DNA of 63,252 bases, counting the filler, from Circinaria calcarea (Eukaryota): assembly GCA_051942165.1 (NCBI GenBank). It is 21 parts of 21 records of this genome, joined end to end, with 100 filler letters (N's around TTAATTAATTAA, not from the genome) between each part and the next. Parts side by side here need not be neighbours in the genome. Positions count along the whole stretch, not along the records: positions 1 to 2,937 come from JAVECS010003159.1; positions 3,038 to 5,972 come from JAVECS010003160.1; positions 6,073 to 9,007 come from JAVECS010003161.1; positions 9,108 to 12,042 come from JAVECS010003162.1; 17 more parts are not named here. One strand, written 5' to 3'. The notes under the pieces are model-generated. The model had not been told where the DNA came from, searched no databases, and was given only the letters and a program-made list of their open reading frames with translations. The position numbers and the translations under genes were made by a program. Shown here piece by piece: positions 1 to 9,919 of this stretch (position 1 is its first letter; the number at the start of each line of letters is the position of its first letter).

Positions 1-1391
1 AACACCACAAGTGGCTCTCTGAAGAATGCCGTGCTTGGTGTCTTTTTAGATCAGCCATTCTAGCGTAGCTTTTCATGTTCTGGCACTCTGGATTGTCACA
101 GAAGAAGGGAGGGCCTTGCGGCTTTGGCTCTTGTTCTCTCAGTTGGCTTTGTTGCGATTGCAAAGAGCTTGTGCTCTCCTCGATGGAGGTATGATTATGG
201 GGGTTTATGCCCTATGAGAAGCATCAGCAAACAGATAGTTGGTTTCATGGAATGGGTAGCCAAACTTCCTCCGGACTTTTACTGCTACTACTTGAATCTG
301 AAGATGGTTGCTTCTCGGAACTTGATCTTAAAGAAGTATGCTCTGGGTAATCGTGTAGTGAAGTCCCGACACATAACGACCCTTTCCAGTGGAAACTTGG
401 GCAGGCCGTATCAGTTTCGAAGGAGAATTCTCCGTTGACCGTTGCTAAATATCCAAAGTCAAATAAGGTGGGTTCAAATCTGGAGTCAGCCATTATTGAG
501 CGTCGTGGGTAATAAGTTCACGGTTTCTACCGCCACGAATTGTAACAAAATTCGCTTTAATAGGAGGTCAATCGAGCGTGAAAGCCCACAAAGCCTTGCT
601 AGGTATTAATTCTAGGTTCTTGACCAGTTTCGTTCGTAGGATAGAACTGGAAGCAAAACTAAGATAACTAGAAAGAAGAGCAACCGATGCCCAAGTAGCA
701 GTAAGTGACCGCAGCTAGAGCTCTCCTTATGTATAGGCATAGCAAGAGGCGTGTCTAAGGTAGTAATAAGGGCTGATGAGACCAGGGCCTTGCCAGCTCG
801 GCATTACTTTGCCCAATATAAACCACAGCGTCTTTGTAAGATACATATCTTCTAAAACACTTCTTCTGGATCTTGTCGGATATGCGGGCTGTAACGTCAG
901 TGAGTAGGCGATCATCGGCTTGAACAAGTGAGGGCATACTGATTGGCTCAATCGTAACGGACTGCCTAACCCATTCACCAATTAGGCTGACCATCCCACC
1001 AAAGAAGGCTGTGTTTGACCAATCAATGTGACATCCTGCCGTTGGGAGCGCCCTTTTTTTCATGTTATGGTGAGAAACGCCTTTTTCTGTACGCACATCT
1101 TCCGAAGTTGCCCTTTTTCTCACACCACCCTTTACACGTCATGTGTCCAATGGATGCCCTTCTCGAAATAAAGCGCCCTTGAACTGAGAGTCATGCTGCC
1201 TCGAATGGCAGTTGTGCCCCAAACACGCCAGGCTATGATGGTCATGCGTTATTGTCTCAGCCTCGCCCGGCATGGTGGCCCCAATGAGAAGCGGTAAATC
1301 TATGTATGCTGATCATTGAGAAAGGGACACGTACTTTGCGGTAGCAAATTATCCTAGGCTGATAATAGGAGGGGGATTTCATAACCCTAGG

Positions 1392-1979
1392 CAAGGCTTC
1401 CAATAGTGCAGCCGGTGCAGTGCAGTGCAGAAGCTCTGCACTATACTGCACTGCCGCACTGCCGTGCAGAAGCTCTGCACTGTACTGCACTGCCGCACTG
1501 CCAAGGCCTCATAGGAAATAGCGTAGAAGCCCCAACCTTCCACTCCACCCCACAGTACCTTTATAGTTGTAATCCATCTCTTCTATGGTCTATAAGACCT
1601 CGCCCATAGCCTGTGCTTCCGGACTCAATGCGTGGAGGTAAGGTTCGAATAGTATAGAAAGGCGGAGGTTGATGTATGAAAGCAAATGGTAAAGAAAATT
1701 CATTTCGTTTAAAGTTTAGTGTAAAGCTCGGGGATTAATACGGAGCTAAAATTGTAATTAATTATCACGACCTTTTTAGGTGTGGTGTTTCTATAAATTA
1801 CACTTTAAATAGCTGAAATATACCTAATTCGGCCTAGCTTCAGAGTCTAAGAATACTAAAATTTTAAAATTCCCCACCATAAAGTACGCACTGGCAGTGC
1901 AGTATACCCTGCAGTACAGTGCACACTGCACCGTGCACTGCCAAGCCGCACTGCACCGGCTGCACTATTGGAAGCCTTA
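1392..1979. mobile_element. Non-autonomous hAT-like DNA transposon (MITE), ~588 bp
   Basis: Perfect 31-bp inverted repeat AAGGCTTCCAATAGTGCAGCCGGTGCAGTGC at 1393-1423 / 1948-1978; 8-bp flanks ACCCTAGG (1384-1391) and ACCCTAAG (1980-1987) differ by one G>A; many subterminal TGCAC/GTGCA motifs; no transposase ORF. Confidence 0.8.
1425..1502 (+). repeat. 39-bp tandem duplication inside the hAT-like element
   Basis: GTGCAGAAGCTCTGCACT(A/G)TACTGCACTGCCGCACTGCC at 1425-1463 and 1464-1502, one mismatch. Confidence 0.9.
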
Positions 1980-2008
1980 ACCCTAAGGTTATTTTTAACA
2001 TTCATATA

Positions 2009-2473
2009 TCCCTTAAGCTGTTGTTCTGGCAGACGGATACAAGGCTGGGATTGGTCAAGCTAGGCTGGCACGGCTCGGTTTGCCAGAGCAACAGCTTAGA
2101 GGATATCAGTGAAAGCCGTGTGTGCGTAAAAGACTCCAGGCGGCTTTTATAACCAAGATTGGGTTTAAATCCCATTAGCGCTGCTTCTGGTGGCCTGGTG
2201 GCTTCCCCGTCACGTTTCTATCAGTGCACCTAATGAGAATAGGCCATGGCGAAGAGGTAGTAAGGATTGGACGTCCGTCCTACGGTGTTGGGAGGGCAGC
2301 GGAGATACTATTCTCCGGAGCGCACTTCCATCCCTTAAACCGTCGCTCAGGCAGGATGGACCGTGCGTTTTATGAACGGACCAATTTCTGGTTCGTGCCA
2401 ACATAGCTGGCCAATCCTAACCTTGTATCCAAAAAACGCACGGTCCATCCTGCCTGAGCGACGGTTTAAGGGA
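2009..2473. mobile_element. TA-flanked inverted-repeat element (Tc1/mariner-type MITE-like) with an internal third terminus
   Basis: TA|TCCCTTAA at 2007-2016 and TTAAGGGA|TA at 2466-2475; perfect 42-bp inverted repeat 2330-2371 / 2433-2474; additional degenerate inverted match ~2035-2072 / 2391-2430. Confidence 0.65.
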
Positions 2474-2937
2474 TAGCTTACTCATGAGTTTGCCGTCCCA
2501 CTTACTTCGTCCTTCTGTTCCATCAACGTCCATCGTTAGTCCGGATAATCAAAGAATTAATCCATTCGAGCCAGCGCAACTCCAAGCCATGGAACTCTTA
2601 GGCGCGGGCCAAAGAGTGAACGGGGAAGTGGGAAGCCTAGAGCAGTAAAAGGTAGGGAGAAAAGGGAGAGTAGAATAGGAAAGCAGCGAAGTTGGGGATC
2701 TAAGATAGAGATAGAGACAGTGGACGTTGATAGGTTCGAGAGATAGGATGATATTAGACAGGCATAGTTTGGATTGTAGATTATAGTTTTGAACTAGTGT
2801 AGTTAAGTACGGCTGTTTGATCGCTAGTAAAGCTTTTGATATTAATCCTTTCGCAATTCACTTCTTTTCCCTACATAGCCGCTCTAGGTTCAGGCCTCCC
2901 CTCTAGTCCTTCGGGAACTTCCTGAACATATCTCCCA

Positions 2938-3037
2938 NNNNNNNNNNNNNNNNNNNNNNNNNNNNNNNNNNNNNNNNNNNNTTAATTAATTAANNNNNNN
3001 NNNNNNNNNNNNNNNNNNNNNNNNNNNNNNNNNNNNN
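2938..3037. other. Artificial contig spacer (44 N + TTAATTAATTAA + 44 N); first of 20 identical spacers (also 5973-6072, 9008-9107, 12043-12142, 15072-15171 ... 60255-60354)
   Basis: Identical 100-bp N block with a six-frame stop oligo about every 3 kb; intervening contig lengths never increase (2937, 2935, 2935, 2935, 2929, 2926 ... 2899, 2898). Confidence 0.99.
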
Positions 3038-4200
3038 GAGATGATGTTATTTTATCTATAAAGATTCTAAATAAAAATTGTACAATTAAATAAGTGGATA
3101 GTTATACTATGTTACCTTATAGTTTAAGAGATTTAACTATAACTTATGGTACTGACACAGTTAAAGATTACTTTCCATATAAGTTTGTTAATATAATTTA
3201 CTATATTTTATAGTGGAAGTAAACCAGATATTGCTCAATATGTAGGTATTGACTTGGATTTATATAAATTAATTAATAATATTAATTGCAAGAGAGAAAA
3301 AGAAACATTCTAATATTTAGAAAAGGATCTTATATGTTTATACCAGGTTTAAACAAATTTAGTGAATATATATATATAAAATATAGTGTACAGGTATCTG
3401 GATCTTTAACTATATCATCTCTAGCTATGAAAATTTTCTTAACTAGATATTATGACAATAATATTCCTTTAATTAACAAGAGATCTATCTAGAGTGATAT
3501 CCATAAAAGTTCTTTTGGTGGTATTACAGAAGTATCTAGACCTTATGGATAAAATCTATATTATTATGATGTAAATTCATTATATCCATGTGCTGCTTTA
3601 AATCAGATGTCAGGATCTAAATGTATTTTCGAGGATTCCATAAATTCTAATATACAAAATATTCCCAATATATTTGGATTTTTCTATTGTAGTATCGTTA
3701 CTAATAACGGATACTTGGGACTATTACCAGTAAGATCTAAAAAGGTATTATAATGCCTAATAGAGAGTGAACTGGTTGATCTTTTAGTGAAAAGCTAAAA
3801 TTCGCGTAGAAAAACGGCTATAAAATATTTAGACACAAAGGTTATAGTTTCGATAGAGTCTAAAATGTATTTAATATATATATATTACAACTTTGTATAA
3901 GACTCTATCTACTCTAAATAGTAAATTAGAGAAATCTGCCAAAAGTTTACCAAATAATTTAATTGGCAGATTTGGATTGGATATTAATAAGTCTCTAACT
4001 GATTTAGTAGATATGGATAAATTTAATGAAATATATCCAAAAAAGACTCTTAATAGCATTAAAAACATAGAAGATAAGATTATTATTAATTATAATAAGA
4101 GATCTAAAACTATATGTGATGAATTAGATGTTGATTACAATAATACCATAGTTAAAAATTAAAAAGTTAAAGATGAAGGCGAAGAAACTTAGAAAGATGT
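3038..4200 (+). pseudogene. dpo: Decayed protein-primed family B DNA polymerase of mitochondrial linear-plasmid type, copy A (late exonuclease region to polymerase motif B)
   Basis: VDSYTMLPYSL near 3095; motif A YYYDVNSLYP (DVNSLYP at 3568-3588); E-TGA-TG-TGA-SFSEKLKFA at 3765-3806 reads as the conserved WxGWxFSEELK motif only if TGA=Trp; motif B-like KSLPNNLIGRFG near 3941-3976; several in-frame TAA/TAG and frameshifts; very AT-rich. Confidence 0.85.
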
Positions 4201-5840
4201 TTCTAATAAAAAAAAATAAATTTATTGATATTTATTTATCTCCGTCTGATTTCTAGAACCGTGATATTTTCCTTCTAAAATTAGACAAAATAAATAAGTC
4301 TTCTAGATATTCTGTACTTTTTTGGGTATGTTTTGGTGATCAACCTTCTTTCAAGATGCTAGGTAATCAAATAGGTTTAGATTATGTAAATTCTAGTTAC
4401 ACTACTGAGTTATACAATAATTTACATGATAATTTACTTTTAAGATTAGAGTCATCCATGATTAATTATAACTTTATCGGTGATCAAATTATTCTTCAAC
4501 TTTTAGCTTATAAAGTTGAATATCCCGATGTAATACACAAGAGCCTTGACCTGAGTATTAAAGCTTTAGGCTATCACAAGGATTTAATGGATTCTAATAA
4601 AAATAAAGTTGATAGTGTATTTAATAAAGTGTTACCTCCTACTATGGATTTATCTAACTATGGAAACAGATTAGATACTGAAGTTGAAAATGGAAACATT
4701 AAATCTGTTCTATTTAAAAAGGATAAGTTATACTTACCATCCTTAGTATCTAAAAATAATAAAAATTTCACATTCAAACCAGATACTAAAATGTTTGTGG
4801 ATAATAATAAGTATCCTCTGGCAGTTAACCTTTCAGTTACTGCACTAAATGCTGAGCATAATATAGATGTATTTACACTTGACGGTAATCATGTTTTACA
4901 TTTATCTGATAGAGCTATATCTAACACTATGTTTACTAGAACTACAGGTAATATAACAAATACAGTTGACCTAAATAATAAGACAGTTAGTCTTCAAATT
5001 AAAGTTGATTTATATGTAATTAAATTACCTAAACTAATACCCGTCTTAAGCAGTTAAATATTCCGGATCCTAATTTTGGTACTCTTGATCTGGAAACTTA
5101 TATGGACAATGGGATATCTAAAGTTTATGCTATTGGATTTTTCACAGATAAGCATAAAGTTCATCTTTATTATATAAATGATAACTTAGATTAAAGTGAG
5201 GTAGTTTTAAGATGTATAGATGATATGTTAAAGAGTAAATATTCAGGTTATACCATTTATGTTCACAATCTAGGACACTATGATGTTGTGTTTTTAATTA
5301 AAATATTAATTTAAGCCAAATTAGATAATGGTGAAGAAAAATACAAATTAAAGATGATTTCTAAAGATGGAAAGATCTTACGTATAATTATAAAATTAGG
5401 TGAATATAATATTAAATTAGTAGATAGTTACAATATCTTGCCTCATAGTCTCTATAATTTATGTAATACATTTGAAGTTTAAATTAAAAAAGATATATTC
5501 TACGAGATTGTTTAAAAATAAACTATATTTTATTCTGGTAATAAACCATCTCTTGGATGGTTTATAATCCAGACCAAAAAAGATATAATTTAATTCCTAA
5601 TCTTTCTTGAGAGACTAAAGTAGAAACTCTTCTACAGAGTAGAAGAGAAAGATTTAATATCTACTTTTGATGTTGTAAATAAATTTAGTGATTATATTTA
5701 TCGCAAACATAGAGTTCAGGTTTCAGGTTCCTTAACCATATCTTCTTTAGCTATTAAAATATTCTTAGTCAGATACGATAATAAGAATATACCATTAATT
5801 AATAAAAGATCCATTTACGACGATATAAAAAAAGCTTATC
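4200..5840 (+). pseudogene. dpo: Decayed mitochondrial-plasmid DNA polymerase B, copy B (N-terminal region and exonuclease domain)
   Basis: 233-aa ORF 4356-5057 followed after a frameshift by ExoI-like FGTLDLETY (5075-5101), ExoII-like YVHNLGHYDVVF (~5258-5293) and LVDSYNILPHSL (~5416-5451); 5681-5820 is homologous to 3355-3490 of copy A; in-frame stops. Confidence 0.82.
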
Positions 5841-6683
5841 ACTAAACATATTTTTTGTTATAATTGGTAGTTTAGATTTTTTTAAATAATCCTTAATAAA
5901 TATATTTAAAGCTAGTCTGGATATAGTCAAACTATTAGTCATTTGTAAATCATATTTGTTAAAAACATACCTNNNNNNNNNNNNNNNNNNNNNNNNNNNN
6001 NNNNNNNNNNNNNNNNTTAATTAATTAANNNNNNNNNNNNNNNNNNNNNNNNNNNNNNNNNNNNNNNNNNNNCCTCTAATCATTCCTTCCTTCCAACCCG
6101 CCCAAGTTCACTCCAAAGACCCCGGTTCAAAACCTACCCCCCTCGAACCAAAACCCAACCCCGCCGCAAAAACCCTCTCAACCACACCCACCCTCCATTT
6201 TGCAGTACAGAAACCGAATCCGAAACCGAGCCAAACCTAGCTACGGAAATTCCGCTCGGTAAGAGTTGGAAGGTTGAAAAGTTTTGAATCGGGTGGTTTC
6301 AGACTCATCGACAACGGAGAGGTGCCGTTTTGAACCTAGGTTGTGGAAGTGGGAGTGGGGGATGTAGAAGTCATGAAATGAAATGATATGCGTTAATCGG
6401 GCATTGTGCAATGCAAAGCCGCCGGTTATGAAAAGAGCGGTGAAAAGACATATGAAAGCCGAATCTGGTATAGACGGAATCTGAACTTCCTGACTACCAG
6501 ATCACCCATTTGCAATACACGGCGTAGATGCTAACAGGCATTTTGCCCCATTCTATCTCCCCGCTACTCGCCTATAAACCATCATAATCTGCAAATCCTA
6601 GATACCACAAAACGCCTCGCAGATAGAATGCCTATAAACCCCCAGTTCTCTCCTTTTCCGCACACCATCCCCTCTACTTCCCT

Positions 6684-7809
6684 TTATAAGACGTAAGGCG
6701 CTTTGACCCCCTCCTGCAAAGTCCTAATCCTTCTCCGATACGTCTCCCTACACTCCCGTCGCTGCAGCGTGCCCACTCCCACAGCTATAACTAACAATAA
6801 TGTCCAAGTAACCGTGATAACAAGCCCCGTGGGGAATGTCCCCAAGCTGGTACCTGGGAGAACGAATGGCGTTACCTGAGCTTTTGAGGGTGTGGTAATC
6901 GGTAGGGGAAGGGCGAAGACGCCGATCAGGAAGGATGTTTCTTTGGAGGAGAGGATGGTGGTGATGGGTGTTCCGTTTTTGGCGGTGCCGGACAGGATGA
7001 TGAGGGGAGTGAGGGCGGATTTGAGTAAGGTCCTGAGGGGAGGATGGTTAGTATGGGATGAGGATGGGAATTGAAAAGGGAGAGGGGACTGACTGGTTGG
7101 AGGAGGCTTTTTGCATTATGGAGGCGTCAATGCTTCCTGTGAGACTCAAGTCTGCGATCATTCGGGGAGAATCCGTTCTTCTATGTAGTTCTGGTCCCTC
7201 GACGGCAGGGATTGGCAGCCAGCTATTCAATTCGTTTACCCTCTCAACGATGCTGCTGTTGTACATTGGTGCGATAGTGGTACTGGGATATGATAATTTT
7301 ATATTCATTCCTTGCTCCTGAAGCGCAGCCCAGTCGTCAGAAGCAGGAGAGATTTGGTAGAGCTGCAAGTCTGCTTGAAAGACGCCGGTGGAGTTGTCGA
7401 AAGATAGTACATTGTAGCAAACAGCTATACCGGAGGGATTGGAAGCCTGGTTGTTTGGAGTGCCAAGGGCCTTCAGACATGCTCGATTCGTGGTGTTGGT
7501 TGATGTCGCAATAGGCGCAATTGCCGTGACAGAGAGTGTAGGAGAAGAAGCTGCATTTGGCGTCGAAGAAGGGACAGAGACGCTGGTAGAAGGCGCCGAT
7601 GGTGTTTCCATGACAATCTTGCCATGGTACCATGCTTCATGGTTCAGCCTAACAGGCGCCCTTTGGCGAACTTTTTGGGATAGATAGACATGATGGCGGA
7701 GGAGTTTCGATGCCTCAAAGATGGTATCAGAGAGTGCTTCTTCTGCAAGGGCTGGAGTAAGGTACACGACGGTGTAGGCAAGGAGACTACTGGCAAGCAG
7801 GAAACGCAT
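6684..7809 (-). CDS. Conserved fungal hypothetical protein with signal peptide and C-terminal transmembrane helix (2 exons)
   Basis: MRFLLASSLLAYTVVYLTPALA signal-like start at 7809; S/T-rich stretch, C...SNPSGIAVCYN; after an intron near 7050-7095, FVLPGTSLGTFPTGLVITVTWTLLLVIAVGVG followed by a basic tail and TAA at 6684-6686. Confidence 0.75.
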
Positions 7810-8533
7810 TGTAATAGAAAAGAGTGTAATAAACAACGGAAGAACACAGTGAAGCACTCCTCAAGGGCTGTTAGTCTGCCTCAATGATGTGTGAGCTTTT
7901 GGCAAAATCAAGACCACCAGATACTGGGCATCCAGTAGAGAAAATGGAAGGAACAGGGAGACGTGCCTGCCGCCCTCGGAAAATGAAGCCCTAATCACAA
8001 CGAAAGAGGACCTAAGTTGAACACGTACTGGAAGAGAACGGATAAGAAACCCGCTGTTGGCAAACAGCATGTGCATAATGCAAGACTTGGTTTATACTCA
8101 TAGAATAACAATTGAAAATTTTGGGGGAGTAACAGTATCACCATGCTTGTACAAAACAACGAAGGTTTCCAAGTCTTATCCGTTTATATTCACGACGATA
8201 ATAGTCTTATCACATGAATTGAGCAAGAAAGGTAAGCCCTTCTTTCCCCACTAGGAGTATAGTCAATCTCAGCCTCTTTGGCTTCTGTCTCAGCGTATCT
8301 CTCAGTTGCGGGTTCCAAACAGCTCGGTTCTTAAAAACCCATACCCAATACACATCAACCTCTCAACTCATGTAACCATGACACCCAATCCATATCGAGA
8401 CGCTTCGTAAGTATTCTGTCTGTTCCCAACATCATAACCCAGATGTAACGATCGCTGCCATTTCTTTCCGATGCTCAATACGCCATTCTCCATAATTGGT
8501 ACTGTATTCCTTACTCAACCAAGCGCTCCGTGT

Positions 8534-9007
8534 TTACCACCAACCGAAACTACCATCGAACGTATAAACTTCATCTTCCTCTGGTGGATGGATATCTGAA
8601 AACTTCGGGACAGTGCCAGGCTTATAGTAACCCAGAAGAGCCTCCATATCCTCGTCATCCATCTCCACAAGTTCCTCAAGACTCCATGATTCGCAAACTC
8701 TTGACATCCTACAAGCTATTAGTGGTAGAAAATACCCATATCATACCACGAACCATTGCATCCTTTTAGGGCCCTCTTCGATATTGGGTGCAACCTTCCG
8801 TAGCTTCCTCCTTAGAGTCCCTACTTTCTGTATAGCGGCACCGATATTCATTGGAAGGTTCACAGCAATCTGTTTCCTTACGATACTGGCAAGCTTGGGA
8901 CCATTGCCATTTGTACTGACCATGATCTGGAGGGGACCGTCCCGATGGACACTGCCAAAGTAGAAGTCGCACTCAGGCGGAACATCAGCAATGTTGGCAG
9001 CAATCTT
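8534..9007 (-). CDS. MET8: Precorrin-2 dehydrogenase/ferrochelatase (siroheme biosynthesis), 3' part
   Basis: ANIADVPPECDFYFGSVHRDGPLQIMVSTNGNGPKLA...LRRKLRKVAP...RMQW, intron, MSRVCESWSLEELVEMDDEDM...FDGSFGWW*; 5' truncated by the spacer. Confidence 0.9.
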
Positions 9008-9107
9008 NNNNNNNNNNNNNNNNNNNNNNNNNNNNNNNNNNNNNNNNNNNNTTAATTAATTAANNNNNNNNNNNNNNNNNNNNNNNNNNNNNNNNNNNNN
9101 NNNNNNN

Positions 9108-9660
9108 GCAGCGAAGGCTGATATCTAGAGATCTCAGCATAAACAAAGACCCATCACAATAAAAGACGCACGGGAAACTGCTTCCTTCCGTTGTGAATTC
9201 CTAATGTCGACAGACACTTTGGAGCCCCATCCTTCTCGATCTTGTCTAAAGCCCATACCCTCAATACTGGCTCATTAGATAGGTCCTCTGCTATCGTGAC
9301 TAGTAGAGATGTATCATGCACCTGCTTCATATGGGTGATGGAGCCAGACGTGTGTGCTTGAAAAGTCCGAACAACCTTGAAGGCATGCGAAAGGATACGG
9401 ACATGGCCATCGTTGCTACCAATGAAGAGACTGCCGGAATCTGAACAGACACAGGTGAAATCATTGCTCTTGCAATGTTAGTGAAGGGCTCATTATGAGA
9501 AGTGGGTGTCAGCTTACATCAAGCAACGACGACTGCTCAGAATCCTGAGGGTTCACTTGAGTGACATCGAAGAAGTTAAAGACTTTCCACTGATATGGAC
9601 ATGTCACCATCAGTACCGGTTGCCGACATAGAGATCAACGCTTACCGATGTCAGTGCCAT
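9108..9660 (-). CDS. VPS11: Vacuolar protein sorting protein 11 (HOPS/CORVET subunit), 5' part, multi-exon
   Basis: MALTS|WKVFNFFDVTQV...LFIGSNDGHVRILS...LLVTIAEDLSNEPVLRVWALDK...KCLSTLGIHNGRKQFP, typical of the fungal Vps11/Pep5 N-terminus. Confidence 0.88.
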
Positions 9661-9825
9661 GAATGCAGTACTGCTGCTGAGCTCGAGCAATCTATCGGTT
9701 GGTGATGCTAGCCTATCGTAAATGAGCTCGAATTGAAGAGTGCTTGTTTGACCAATGACATGAGGTTGACTATGAGCTTTCGTTTTATATTAATATAAAG
9801 AGAATAGTGACTCTGTCTTGAATAC

Positions 9826-9919
9826 GACACTATGGCCGAGTGGTCTATGGCGATAGATTTAAGTTAATTCAATATCTCTATTGGAGAAATCCGCGTGGGT
9901 TCGATCCCCACTGGTGTCA
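9826..9919 (+). tRNA. tRNA-Leu(UAA) with a ~12-nt intron (9864-9875)
   Basis: Acceptor GACACTA/TGGTGTC+A; D arm with TGGCCGAGTGG (A box); anticodon stem ATAGA/TCTAT with TAA at 9860-9862; long variable arm TGGA-GAAA-TCCG; T arm GTGGG-TTCGATC-CCCAC; T-runs downstream. Confidence 0.93.

Noticed and set aside
1..1200. Minus-strand ORF fragments (755-1123, 245-493) and repeated GCCCTT motifs at ~1050-1180
   Set aside because: Possibly a decayed gene or element end, but interrupted by stops and with no motif or boundary I can identify.
1406..1609. ORFs with repeated AEALHCTALPHC / QYSAELLH peptides
   Set aside because: They are translations of the 39-bp tandem repeat inside the MITE.
2517..2875. 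Possible solo LTR (TGTT...TACA, purine-rich interior)
   Set aside because: No matching target-site duplication at the candidate ends and no second copy in the window.
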